DNA of 63,670 nt, filler included, from Bigelowiella natans CCMP2755 (taxonomy: Eukaryota > Protista > Cercozoa), in NCBI GenBank assembly GCA_000320545.1. It is 4 parts of 4 records of this genome, joined end to end, with 100 filler letters (N's around TTAATTAATTAA, not from the genome) between each part and the next. Parts side by side here need not be neighbours in the genome. Positions count along the whole stretch, not along the records: positions 15,212 to 35,879 come from ADNK01002242.1; positions 35,980 to 61,478 come from ADNK01000316.1; 2 more parts are not named here. One strand, written 5' to 3'. This document shows positions 30,621 through 44,616 of the stretch, in pieces (positions within the stretch are counted from its first letter, which is position 1; each line of letters opens with the position of its first letter). The notes under the pieces were generated by a model, which did no database searches, was not told where the DNA came from, and saw only the letters and a list, made by a program, of their open reading frames with translations. The position numbers and the translations under genes are program-made.

Positions 30621-31645
30621 AACACAATTGTGCCATGTTACTCTATTTTAAATAAATTCCTGTCAAAATGGAAATCTTTCAACATTATCTGATGGACGTC
30701 GCTCGATAATTCGTTGAGGATGAACATTTTTTGACATTAGATCAAAATGAATTCGCATCATAAAAAAAGTAAATAAACCCTTGGTGCACACAAAATCTGT
30801 CAGAAATGACGGGTGCACAGCCCTTCTCACTCTAGCACATGCACATACATTCACATACCACACACACACACACACACACACTCTCTCTCTCTCGAGCACC
30901 CATTGAAATATTGAAATTGAACTCGATCAAAATTAGCATTGTATCTTTCCTTGCGACAACCAAAATTAGGATAATTTTATTACTTACCCCGAAGTAGTTC
31001 CGTGGACCCTGAGCGACGCGAAGTGAGAGCGCCATGACGAACTTTACACTCAGTAACAGGCTAAAAAAGCATGTCGTAACCTCTAAAAGCTCATGTATCT
31101 CTGGCAGAGAATACCCAGCAAATCATCCATCTTATGAGACGCAAGCTGTTCGATTCTTCATCGACGCTTGTGAATAATTCGCAGGCCTTTCTTTCTTTTT
31201 TTAGGGATTAGTATGCAAAAGTTCGCTCATTTTGTGCCGCTTCGGGTTGAAACATTAATTTATCGGGAGAGCGGGATCAGCAGCCGGTGAGAAAATAACG
31301 ACACGTGCATGTTCTTGTCGAAGGTCTAGCACATCAGGACAATACGAATGCTTTTGCCATTTGAATTATGCGCTCCTCAGAGGGAAAAACGGCTGGGCTG
31401 GATAATCCACGCTCTAAAAATCCCACTCGAAGCTGTGATGTTCTCCTTGCGACAATATCTTTTACCTGTCGGTTCCTTGTTTATTAGGAGCATAAGCAGG
31501 AGTTAGCACTGCTACAAATAACTTATAAACAAACCTTTGCTTTAGCAATGTCTAAGAATACATCGTTGTTTTTGTGAAGATTTACCTCGGAAATCGTATG
31601 TCGCTATAATAAAATCTTCTAGTTTTTTAACAATTATCTTTCTCG

Positions 31646-33792
31646 ATGGCGCCGACGCCCACGCCCTCGCAATTTGCCCAGCTAGGCTTGTCCACGTGCT
31701 TCCTGGCTGCGCACCTACTGCTTCTCCGGTCACCGTGCAAGGTTGTAGAGGCTAGGATTCATATGATGCGTGATTACTTCTAAATAATGGAATCTTTGAG
31801 CGGATTAGGATAGTGATACTTCAAGTTGAAATGCAGTAACACAGTACGTGTTCCTAGGAAAACGGTAAACGAAAAGTTCAAATATGCTCAGCGGCAACAA
31901 ATATTGTAACCACAATTCACTTTATCTCTCAAGCATTGCGTGCAGGTATCATGCTCTGAATCCCATCGTGATATTAACCTCAACCCATACTTTATTTATG
32001 ACATGGTTGAAAGGTGCCACAGCTTTTATAATAACGGCAACTCAAATAATAATTTTCTCGGGAATTGGGATGGGTTCGGTGGTCCTTGCTCTTCTTGAAG
32101 GGCTATCACATCAAATCCTTAAATCAACGTAGACTCGACGATAGTTTTCTAATGCTCGATAATTATCTCAAGTTGTCATGTTTTCTTGAATATAGTGTGA
32201 AGAAGGCGAAGGCAGGCGTTGGAGGGCGGCTTGCCATAGCCATAGTCCAGTGGGGCAAATGGGCAGTTTTTGGTCCCATTGCCGTATGGGCGATTATCAC
32301 TGAAGCCGTGACAGTCATATCTATCATAAGACAAGAGATATTCTACGTCTACTATGTATTTCAGAATACAACTGTAGTTAAGCTACGATATGGTGATTAT
32401 ATGGCATACTATTCTTAGGGACTCTTTGCACATGCGGCTATGGTTACTTACCTCACCATCTCCACCCATGCTCTTTTATCCCGCTTTCAACTTATTCTAC
32501 AACAAACTCTACAAAAATACAAGAATTTGAGAGGTACAAAATTTGTTGACATGATGGTATCGGATGAAGGTTATGAGAAATTATATCAGGAAATACATTC
32601 GCTAAACAAGTCCATCATCTTTCGAAAATTCATTCTCGAATAAACTGCCTACGAAAAACATTTGTTGTAGCCGGACTTATCATTGCGAGTAAGTATTTCT
32701 TATTTCATCACGGATAGTATAACCAATGCGTATTCATATATACCTTAATAGTAACTCTCCTCGCCCGCGGCATCTGGCTTTTGATAGAAGATATAAATGT
32801 AAGTTTGCATAGAGAATTCAATGACTCAGAAACTCTTCAATGGGATACGCAACTTATATGTTTATTGCTCATTCGATTTTATTCAGATGAGGGAAAGTAT
32901 AAACCAAGTCTATGAAGACAATTTTGATCCAAACAGACCATGGAATGCAAACGACATTTTCTTTTACCTTGGTATAAATACCTTAAACCCATGTCAACGA
33001 TACTTAATTATAGTTGATTTTAACATTCGAATTTTGTATTGTGATATCCTTTAATTTTGATCAATTTTTGTCTCAGTCTTTATACTTATGGGGATATGGT
33101 TATACTATGCCTGGACACCAATCGGAAAGATGAATAGCCTTAACACTTCTGTACTCTCACGTGATAGCCATCAAAGTCACCGGGGGGGACACAGCAGAAG
33201 TCACAGTCGTGCTCATAGTCGAAACCCTTCAAATACTAGGCTAAGCCACATGATTCAAAGTAACTTGACATCCTTCTATTGTATAGATCCCCTTTTATCT
33301 GAGTCACATGACTTTATAGGCCAGTTAAGCCACAATGCAAATAGAAATAAATCTACTTCAGTCACTTCCCATTCTCCTAGGAACGGGGTAGATGTGATCT
33401 CTTCCGGGGGCCATCTTATTGGTAAAAGCAAAGTCATGGCGGAAATTAAAAGTCTCAACTTCTCTTCAAATCGTGATCCTGTCTCTCAATCACAATCGCG
33501 CTCAAGAGTCAGTACATCTGCATCAATGAGAAGGATGAAATCAAGATCGGCTTTATCCGGAACGGATAGATCCACCTCCAGAATCGTACTGGTGTTAGCT
33601 GGTAGTGAAGGAAAACGGCAATCGCCTCAGACATCATCAAGTCGTATGACTTCACAACAGTCACCTCAAACATCAGCAAGTCGTATGGGTGTGGTGCAAG
33701 AGCATGGACTATGTTCCGGGAAAAGTAGCATGGGAACAGCTATGCAGCAGTTGAACTCGTTGAGATGCCCAAACGGTAGCTATGATGTTTAA
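31646..33792 (+). CDS. Serpentine (7TM, GPCR-like) membrane protein, paralogue 2
   Basis: MAPTPTPSQFAQLGLSTCFLAAHLLLLRSPCK|, several further hydrophobic exons, then WLYYAWTP and a long Ser/Arg-rich cytosolic tail. It shares the HxLLLxSxxK| exon end and the YY(S/A)WxP motif with paralogue 1. Confidence 0.78.
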
Positions 33793-34459
33793 CATAGAGG
33801 GGTGGAACGGTGGGACTCCATATCGCTAGCTAGTTGATGTAGATGCTGCTATGTTGTGAACAAAGCTAGGCAGCTGGACAGCGTCTATTCATCTAGTCGT
33901 GTTGTAGTTTTGAGTACTTCATGCGATTCTTACATGAATTCATGTCTTACTAGCAGCACTAGCTAGCTATTTAGAGCTAGTAGAGCTGGAGGGGCATGCT
34001 AACATGCTTGCATGCAAGGATGCTATTTGTATCATTCTACCAATTTTGCGCAAGGTTAGAAGGGTCTAGAGATTTTTCAAGCTCTAAAGTTAAAGTGCAT
34101 TCAAACTCATCAACAGCGCAGAGCGATCTAGCGATAGCTGGATAGAGCTCATCTAGCGTAGCTAGACATCTAAGACATGCTAGCATGAATCGCACTAGCT
34201 AGCTAGCGCAGCTGCGAATGTCTAGATGTGTCTCCAATTTCCATCATTTTTTCCTGCATCTCGATCATCAGAACTAGAGGGAAAAGTATCTAAACTTCCA
34301 GCAAGAACAACAAGAAACAAATCGAATTTTAAAGATTCTCATGTTTCTACTACTAGCTAGCTAGCTAGCTAGAAGCCTTCTCTTCCTTCGCATTGGCTCC
34401 AAAACCACCACCATATGTTGTAGAATACCTTTGCATAGACACCATTATTTATTGCATAA

Positions 34460-35770
34460 GATATCACGTCACGCCAACATTGCTTTCTTTCATCATGTCC
34501 CAGGGTGAGTGAACTTGGATTTCAATCATACGTAATTTTTAGCAAAATCGAATAATAAAATACAGTTAGATATATTCATCTGACATAGTTATATCGATAC
34601 TATATTTATAAATATATGTATAGTTAGTGTAGCATCATCTCGGAACTAATTTCCTGAGAAATCTACAGCAATAGTACCCATGCTTCCGTAAGTACGCCTC
34701 GGTTTGTTTCCTATCGTACCTGAGAAGTTTGGATTATTCAACAACAGTGTAAATTAAGGATATCATGAGAATGGAAAAAGTCTCTAAAAAGCAAGCATTA
34801 TACCAGAAAGAATATCAATATCGCTATTCGAGATCCCTTAAATTAAAAGGCTTCCCTCCCACCCCCAAAAGTAACCCACACTACCATCACCAAGTGCACA
34901 TGCAGGGCCATATCACACACAAACGCACGCAATCATTACATCGTGACGCCGATTTCATCTTTGAGAGATCTTGGTTGGCCCATGTCGCGGAGAAACTGTT
35001 TACAGACCGAGACTGCCCTGTCCGTCGAGAGATCTCGGTGGTTGTTATCGAGATACTGATCGGCAAAGCACACATGCAACCTCAATACTTCCCAGATATC
35101 ATTGGCAATGAAGGTGCATATGTTTCGTCTCTCTCTCTCTCTATCTCCTTCTCCCTCTCCCTCCTCCCCTTTCCTTTGTTTCTCTCGATTTGAATGTTTC
35201 CCTGTCACCCTGTATCTACCCGCCTATCTGTGTGGCATTTGAACGGAATGGGGGGGGGGCAAATCCATGCATAAATTCAATACAAACAGCAACAACTGCT
35301 GCTGCTACTGCTACTACTACTACTACTACTACTACAACAACAACAACTACCGCTACTATCCATGGGGGCAGTTTCTTAATCTTATCATATTTTCCATATC
35401 GCGCATCGGCAAACACCATGATTCCTGAACGCAACAGGCACCAAAATTACCGATCAAAGCCTTATGAGGAGGGTTCATCATGCGCACACTCACATTGGGA
35501 CTGCACCACCTACAATGCGTATCTACTAACTAGTATGATCCACAGACATGCCAACGACGCTTTCGCAGCGCATATACGAGCATCATTCGATTCCCTTCAT
35601 AGATTGCCTCTCTCAAACGAGCAGCTTATCATCTCCAGGAAACGGCTGAAATAGTCGCCATCACTAGTTCCATCGCACACCCGCACACAACACTACCGTA
35701 ATCTGTCTTTGAGCGGATAACACGGCCCACACACTGAGACGTTTGCCTGACCAGGGCATTTCTTCCATCA
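34460..35770 (-). CDS. ERCC2: TFIIH helicase XPD/Rad3, C-terminal exons only; the rest falls in the gap
   Basis: RQTSQCVGRVIRSKTDYG|IMVFADARYGKYDKIKKLPPWI|..YLDNNHRDLSTDRAVSVCKQFLRDMGQP matches helicase motif VI and the XPD C-terminus. The 3' end is approximate. Confidence 0.9.
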
Positions 35771-35879
35771 AAAACAATGGGAGAACTGTAGTCTCTTTCA
35801 AAGGGATGAATCATCACGGGAGGGATCATCACGTATTAATGCATAATCGCCTCATAACACATGCCGCACGCAACCGTTA

Positions 35880-35979
35880 NNNNNNNNNNNNNNNNNNNNN
35901 NNNNNNNNNNNNNNNNNNNNNNNTTAATTAATTAANNNNNNNNNNNNNNNNNNNNNNNNNNNNNNNNNNNNNNNNNNNN
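35880..35979. other. Assembly gap with spacer
   Basis: N44-TTAATTAATTAA-N44. Confidence 0.97.
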
Positions 35980-36089
35980 GTAATTTATCAGCAAGGCCAC
36001 GATCCCTCCTCCTCCTCCTCCTCCTCCTCCTCCTCCTCCTCCCTCCCCCCCTTCTCATCTCCTTCCTCTGCTACCGTTAATGAGTGTGG

Positions 36090-37031
36090 ATGTGTATACC
36101 TGAAACTTCGCAATGGCCTCCTTGGCGGCCTTTGCATTTTCAAACTCTAAAAACCCGTAGCTGAGGAGGGAGGCAGGGAGGCAAAGTAAAGGTATGGTGT
36201 TATCGATGTCGCGCTGTTGCGCAATGGTGCCTCCTGCTGACGACGATGGTGGTGGTGATAGCGTGAGTAGTAGCAGTAGTAGTAGTAGTAGTAGTGGTAG
36301 TAGTGGTAGTACCCCATAGATAAATGTGTCTTGCTCTGGTCGCCACCGACCGCCTACACGTGATATTTGTTGCATCCACACAAAAGAGCTATCATATAGA
36401 TGCGCACACACACGCACACGCACATTCACACTCACACAGTCACATTTTGTTATGGATCGCCAGCTTTCATTCTCAACGTATCACGTATTAAGGGCAGGGA
36501 GTGTGACCTCCGGGTCGTATTTAAGGTTCTTCTTCTTCGCTATTGTCACTGCCCGCAGCCCCGACGCTTTGCGGAAGGCTATTAAGGAGAAAGGAAGGGG
36601 AGAGAGGGGGGGTTGTGCGTGGGGGCTTAGCGCATCGATGCTGTCGAATCCACCGTGCATACAAAACATGGCAACAAGGCTAGTGTTTGTTAGGCTCTCT
36701 CTCGCTCCTACGCAATGGGCTGCCGACTCGCACGTTCTTATCACCTTGCTTCAGCTTTTTCTCAGTCGTGTCAAAACTGACGTTTTTAACGTACACAGAC
36801 GTCCGGCCCGAAGAAGACTCCTGATCTTCCCCATTCCCGCCCCCCTCCTTCACCTCGAAAGCAGCGGTTGCAGTGCTGGTTGCGGAGGCGGAGGGGGCCG
36901 CGGCGGAGGAGGCCACAGCGTCTATGCCTGCTGCAGCCTTTGTAGTCTCTTTCCGACGAATTGCCTCTGTGTATTAGGTGGTGTTGGAGGGAGAGAAAAG
37001 GTGATTCTCTTTCTTTGTTGTGTAAATATAT

Positions 37032-37077
<46 letters not shown>

Positions 37078-38156
37078 GAGTGTGTGCGCGCGCGCGTGTG
37101 TGTGTGTGTGTGTGTGTGTGCGATGACATGATGATGGTGATTTTGATGATAATAATGATTTCTAAAACGCAAAGGGAGGAGATCTCACCGAGCACTTTAG
37201 GGTCTTGCCGCTTCCCTCCCTTATTCTCCTCCGGAGGGGGGGGAGGAGTTTCAAATATATTATCAGGAGCCCATTCCAGATAGAGGGGGACATGTCGGAA
37301 CCTGAGCGACGACGGCGACGACAAAAGAACACGCCGTACAGACGCAATAAGGGACGAAAAATAGATTGTGGTTAATACGGTGTAAGATGATGATAATGCG
37401 GGTGGTGATGAGGACGAGGAGAAGAAGCCTATTGACTCGTGGAAACTGTACAATGAGCACATCGAGGACCACCCTCCCCTCCCCCCCTCTTTAATTTCAG
37501 ATAAAAGAAGGTACGACGTAGTGCTGCTGCTTCATACAACAACTTGTGGCCATTATAGCAATAACAACATCATCATCGTCATCAACTCCTCCTCCTCCTC
37601 CTCCTCCTCCTCCTCCTTCTATTACTAATACTACTACTACAACTACTACTATGGCCACGACGACTGCTGCTGCTACTACTACTACTTCTACTACTACTTT
37701 TTGAATGCTAATTTGCGGAACGCCGCCTTCGCCTCTTGGGGATGAATCGCCTCCACGACCGCTAGCGCGCGGTTCGGCGGCATGACGACGCGGCCTAATG
37801 TGACGCCACGATTCTCGAAGAGCCCTCTCACCTCGTCGAGCCCAGCTTCAAAGGGAAGGTTTTTTACCAGGATCACACTACGGCTTCTGATGATGGTTTC
37901 GAGGGAGGAGGGGTAAGAAATGGCATTTCATAAGCAAACGGTTTTCTCTTGTTCTGTCTTATTCTTCTAGTGCTGCGCGTCGGTGACTCTCACCGCTTGC
38001 ACCCTGCTCGCGGTTTGTTGAAGGCGGCAAGGTTCACCCCGTTGTCCTCTAAGTGCTTCTTCGTCGCGGAAATCGCCTGGTGGAGTCATGAAGAGATTTG
38101 TGAGTGAGTGTGTGTATATGCGTGTGTGTGTGTGTGTGAGAGAGAGAGAAAGAGAA

Positions 38157-38199
<43 letters not shown>

Positions 38200-38414
38200 T
38201 AGAGAGAGAGAGAAAGAGATTGAATCCCCCCCCCCAATCCCACACCTGTGTCTCGGCGAGTGCGGTTCGGACGGCCATGTTGCCGTCATCCTGGTTCAGA
38301 ATCGCCCCTTTTGACACTCCTAGCTGAGCTGCGGCAGCGGCGACTGCGGTATCACTCCGGACCTGACATGAGAGCAAGCAAGGAGGATGAGAATGAGGAT
38401 GAGGATGAGAAAGA

Positions 38415-38455
<41 letters not shown>

Positions 38456-38518
38456 ATGATGATAATGGTCGTGGGATTGTCGTCTCCTCCTCCCCCGTGT
38501 ACAACCATTACAACAAAA

Positions 38519-38549
<31 letters not shown>

Positions 38550-38878
38550 GAATTGCTACGACTGCTGTGTTCGTTCGTGCACTTACGAAGAGTGAGCTCC
38601 AATCTCGACTAGACGCCGCCCCGGGATCGTGGCCTTTGGCTGCATTCGATCTTCGCTTCTCCTCTTTACTCTTCTTAAAAGACGATGAGGCTGACGAAGG
38701 AAAAACGGGGGGGGGGGGGGGATAACGACAACGATGAGTAGCTGCCAAGGAAGCGAACCCCATAGTCAGCACGATGTGGCTGCTGTGGTGAGCTGGTGCA
38801 CAGATCTCTTGCCAGGTCGCTGCGTACACGCGAGTGGGGCAAAAATGGTAGGAGATTATAATAAAATACATTGGGAAA

Positions 38879-38924
<46 letters not shown>

Positions 38925-40391
38925 TGATGCTGCTTAAAGCAGCTGTGTGCCACTATTTTTCGGTAGATAAAATCAGGGTTGTGTTTGATCGAACTTTGGC
39001 CATAAGAATAATAATGAAAACAAAAACAATAATACCTCCTCCCTCTGCATCCCCCCCTTCGCCCGCCCCCTCGTCCTCTTGTGCAGCAGCTTTTCTCGCG
39101 GGCAGGACATGGAGCAGTCGACCTAAAAGCCCGAATTAGACGATGGCGCATTTTAAGGACGCACCGACCAACATCTGAGCATTGTGAATCGAAACGAGGC
39201 ACAACACATTTTGCAGCTGCCACCGCTGCTGCTGCTGCAACTACCTTGGAAGATCTGCCGGTCTAGGTTCTCCATCGCCTAAGAACAGCAATGAACGATG
39301 TCGCAAGACGACAGCGTACTTATCAAAATCTCCGACTTCTATTCTCCCTACGACGACAATATTACTACTGCGAGCCCCGTTTGCTGCTGCTGCTGCTGCT
39401 GCTCATAATACCGCTGCTACTACCTTGGCCGCATGCTCGCCGACGAGGAATGTGACAAATGCAAAGCCCTTGCCCTTCTTCACCGAGTCGAGCGGGATGT
39501 GCACGTCGGCAATATCCCCGAAACGTCCGAAGTACTCCTCCAGCTCCTGCGATCAAAATGACACCGTGGAGGAAGAGGAGGAGGAGGAGGAGGAGGAGGA
39601 GGGGGGGGAGTTGGGTTATAATGACGATGCGAAGTGAGAACGGGAAGGCAAACGAGGATGCTTCATTTGTCGCTGATAGGAAAACATCTAATGTGATTGC
39701 CTCCCCCATCTCCTCCTCCATGTGAAATCAATGACACCTCCTCACCTGTTCTGTCACGGTGTACGGCAGGTTTCGTACGAAGAGGCGCGCAGATATCAAT
39801 ACATCCACCTATGAAGCAGTGAGCAGCGATGTGGAGAGGGCGAGTGAGGAAACATACAGCGCGTGGCATCTGCAATGACAAAACAACCCGACGACGTGCA
39901 TCGTGGTACGGTATGGTAACGCTCATCTGCCTGCTGCTCACACACTTGTTTTGCGAGAAAAGTGTGTCGCAGCGAGAGCTTCCCTGTCTTCCTTCACCGC
40001 GAGAGACGAAGACACTAGCTATTGCCACTACATGAGTAGGAAAATTGAAATACAACCTCCTCGCCTGCTCTGGCCATTGACTCGCTGTATGGCCGACGCC
40101 GCCGCCCCTCCGTGTTCTTCCCATCATCCTCGTCCTCATCTGTGCCGATTTTGATTTGACCAACAAAAAATATTAAGAAAATAGAAGTTCCCCTGAGCGA
40201 ACGTGATTAATGCTAGGAGCACCTGTCATATCACTGTCGCTGCTCTACTAGACCACAAACGAATATGCCTCACGCCCCCTCACACACGCACGCATATGAT
40301 TACCACACGCAAACGTAATGATTCTAACTATAAAAGTGCACAGTGACGAATGTGCTACTAGCTACAGCCCGATAATCACTACTACTGTGTT

Positions 40392-40426
<35 letters not shown>

Positions 40427-41642
40427 GTACCACCACCACCACCAACAGCATCACTACCTTCTTCATCAGAGTCGTATTTGTCACTAACGCCTTCATCCTC
40501 CTCCTCCTCCTCCTCATCATCAGACATGGCAGCATCAACCTTCGTTCGCAGCCATGCTAGAGGGTTCTTTGTCGCTGCGCCATCCTCCCCCCTTCCATTT
40601 CCGTCATCATCTCCCTCCCCCTCTCCACTGCCCTCCTTCTCCTCGTCGTCTTCGTCCATATCGAACGTCACATGAGTGCGTTGTACCATCCCTCCCCCGC
40701 CTATTCTCTTGTTCTTCACCATCACTGCGTTTGCGCTGACTTTGGCCGATTTTTCTATGTCCCCCCCTCCACTCCCAGCAGCATTCTCTGCCTTCGTTCC
40801 AGTTCCCTTGCTCGACCATTTCTTTAAGGAATCAAAGAGGAGAAAGAAGAGGGATATCATGAAGAGTTCTAATAGTTGTGACTTCGGGAAGGGGGGGACA
40901 AGTGGTGTGTATGCTTGTAGCTAGGGGTAGGGCCATCATTAAAACGATAAATCTAGCAATGGTGATAATAACAGTAATAACAATAATTAAAAAAAAATGA
41001 TAATCATCATCATCAGAGTCGCGTCTCTTTCGTTTAAGTCTTGCACGTGTGTATTATTCAGCCTGCCTTAAAGTCTTCAAGAGCTTTCTCCACCCCACCT
41101 GATTGATTGAGGGAAGGAGATATATGCAATAAATCAAATATAACATACAACGACGAGGGGGAAGAGATGTGTGATACGAAAATGGTCATGGCAGTAGTGA
41201 TTTTGAATGTCCCAACGCTGCTTTCATTATTATCATTTCTTTTGTTGAGATCTGACCATCGTCGTTAGCCCAGAATTTGGTCTTTTTCTTGCTCCCGACT
41301 CCTAATGAGGATTTGTACGCATGGTCACACTATCACCATCGCCATTGGTATCATTGTCATCATCATCTCCATCATTATCATGGCGTAAGCATGGTACGAC
41401 TTCGTCGATATCATCATCATCACCATCATCATCGACTGATTCAGTGTCAAGTAAGTTTAATATTTTGTTTCGATCGTTGTCACACCTCCCATAATGTGAA
41501 GGAACTCAACGAACTTTGGGTTGTCAAAGAGCGCTTTTCCTCTTGCTTCCCCCAGGTGCTCGTCGAGCGCCTTCGCCAGCCCGCTCATTCCTCCCTTTTG
41601 TCTCCTCTTCGTCCCTCCTCCTTCCTTTTTGTTTCTCCGTGC

Positions 41643-41682
<40 letters not shown>

Positions 41683-42591
41683 TATGCAATGGTACATACA
41701 TGCGTGTGCGTGTGTTTGATTGAATTTGTGTTTGTTAGAGTGTGTTTGCCATATGCTCGCTGCATTTTAACTATGGATTGCATGCAGTGTTGCGTCGAGA
41801 GTAAGGTTTGGGAACCAGCATGTCCTCCGTCCTGCTGCTCATCACCATCGCCCTAATTATGGTTTTTATTACATCAAGTTCAGACAGAAAATGGGGAGGG
41901 AACAACACTATGGCAAACAATATTCATAAAACTTTAGCATTTTGGCCGGAAAGGTAAAATACACGATTTGCGCGATAAATCTCGTATTGGCCTGCCCCCT
42001 ATCACGTCTGCTCCCCGAGGTTTATTGTTCTTCCTTGTCTACCTTGAAACGAGATGATCCTTTGGAATATTTTGACCATGGCCGTGCCAGACCTTGAAAA
42101 AGAAAAAGAGAGTGAGGGAGTGTGGAGGGGGAGGGGGGACATGACCACCATCACGAATTCGCCGGAATTCTTGACGTACTGAAACACCGATGATTTTGGT
42201 ACTACTACCATTACTCTTGCTTGCGATGGTTGCAGTGGTAAATCAGATCGCCACCACCAACACCACCACCACCAGTGTAAGGAAGGAAGGAAATACAGAA
42301 CCTTGGTCCCCTGGCCTTAACGCATAGTCGACTTGAATACGCGAAGTGTCGATGTAGCTCGACTGTCGGGACGTCTTCGCAGATTTTGCACTTTTAGGAT
42401 CAGCGAACCTGAATGGCCGTGTCGTCATTGCAGGCAGGTGTTGTTGTTGTTGCAACAGCTTATGAATGCGGATAATAACTAACCGACGAGTTTTCACGAT
42501 TTTGCGAGGGATGTAGAATCATATGAGTGTCTTATTGCAGGGACGCAGATGAAATATACAAATGCGCGTAAACACACACACACACACACAC

Positions 42592-42639
<48 letters not shown>

Positions 42640-42799
42640 TTGTGCGAATTCTGTATGTGATTTGTTTGTGCTTGTATTCTTCTTGTTGCGGTGGTAGGCT
42701 TCTATCCAAACAACCCTATGAATCCAAACTTTCGCGATCTTCCATCCTACAGAAGATAAATTATTGGTGTGCACATATATACTATGGGTAATCTGTGTT

Positions 42800-42864
<65 letters not shown>

Positions 42865-43544
42865 CATGAGCTTTCTCAAGTAGACATGAAATATGCTGTG
42901 GAACTCATGGAATTCCCACATATGGATTTACTTCCTTATAATTTTCTTAGCATTCGGATTCGTATTTCAGTTTCATTACCGGTGTCCGCATGATCCTGAC
43001 ATCTGTGACCACCCCGTGCTGCTCAAATACTTTTTTCAATCTGAGATGAGATGATACAATTGAAGAGAACTCATGGTGAAGAATATATTCTTTGTTACTA
43101 ACTCAACCCTCCCCGTTCTGTCAAGTCTATTAGAAATATCAGGAAGAATCCTTCAAATTCACGTGGAGTTATTTAACAAACAAGCATACCCATACTCATG
43201 CACAAATTGTTGAGGCACCTGTCTTCGTTCAGATGTACCGGTAGGTTTTTCACAATTAGGCGGGTTTGGGGCCCATTTTGGCCCTTTTTCGGCCCGATCT
43301 TTTGACTATCCACCGACCCTTTCTTGAAGAGGTCAAACTCAGAATCTTCTCTGTTATTCCGTACCCATGAGGCAGCTCCTCCCCTGCCACCTCTTCTGCC
43401 TCTCATTCTTCCTCTGGCTGCGCCGACTTCCGAAAAGGAACCCCTTCCTCCGTAGCTTCTCCCCCTTCCTCCACGTCCTCTACTCCTGCCCCGACCTCGG
43501 CCTCGGCCTCTGCCCCTGTTTCTGCCCCTGCCCCTATTTCTCAT
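36090..43544 (-). CDS. RBM19: Multi-RRM pre-rRNA processing protein MRD1/RBM19 with an N-terminal RGG extension; the 3' end falls in the gap
   Basis: TRLIVKNLP, YIDTSRIQVDYA, FWANDD, AMENLDRQIFQ|GRLLHVLPA, DWSSLF|VRSD..NMAVRTALAETQ, ILVKNLP..AFRKLAFKK|FRHVPLYLEWAP, VYVKNVSFDTTE and YGFLEF are all characteristic Mrd1/RBM19 segments. Confidence 0.93.
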
Positions 43545-44616
43545 CTCTTTTTCTGCTCGGGGAATTCGATCCGCTCATATCGCCGATAATTTAGCCCAAG
43601 GATGATTGTCGGGACCCAACATGTTTGGATTCCGACAAGAGCGAGAAGGATTTCGACCAGAAATAGAAAGCGCTCTCACAGTGTCTCCCAGATAGAAAAG
43701 AGTACAACAAGAGATGAAGGCAGGAAAGAGGAAAGAGGAATCATCTATTTTTTGGAGATTTTCTAGATTTCCATGTAATTTCCTGTTTTTACTCATGTCG
43801 TTAATCTAAATATAAGCACACTCGTATACTCATAATCTATTCTGTCGAGAGATGTTGAATCTGAAAATAGGCACGAGGGACGACTGCGCTTGTGGGCTTG
43901 TGGTAACAGTCCTACAGACCCCTCTAATATTTTCCTGGTGATTTCACCAAAATACATTTCCTTCGGAGCAAACCCAGACTGTGAAAGAAAAATCATAACA
44001 AGATCCAACTATGCGACAATATTTTCTATTAAAACATAAATGTGATCTATAAAACTGAGTGAAGATTCAAATTACACCAAAAGAAGCACTATTTTTGTAT
44101 CAAAATACACATTATGTCCTTCTTTCAAACTAATTTTCGTTCCTCATTCGTAATCATGTGTCTAAAAGATATCGTGTCGTTTGGTCGTGAACGATACCAT
44201 ATGTTCTCAGACTCAAGACACTCTTAATTTACACATGAAATGTCGTTCAGAATTTCCATTTTTACTTTTCTCTGGATGTCGTACACTAAGATTATAGTGC
44301 TCATACAGGCATCTCACTGTTCGGCCTTCTGAGCGTAGTCGGCTGGAGAGTTCCCCCCCCCCCCTGTTACCTAAAGTCCGGAAATTAGAGGAACCTCGAA
44401 AGTAAAAACGAACCTGAGAATAGCAGTAAGATACTGTATCAAAAAGGGTTGGTGTGAGCCTACGGCTGGGATTAAACTCTTAAGGGATCATACAAAGTGG
44501 AACGGATAACAAATTCCTGTCGAGAGTGAGCAAAATTTGCAAACTAATTGCAAACTTGGAGAGCCCCAGTTGCAGAGATCCGGGCAGGATAGAAAAATTC
44601 ATCCGAGAGACTCTCG

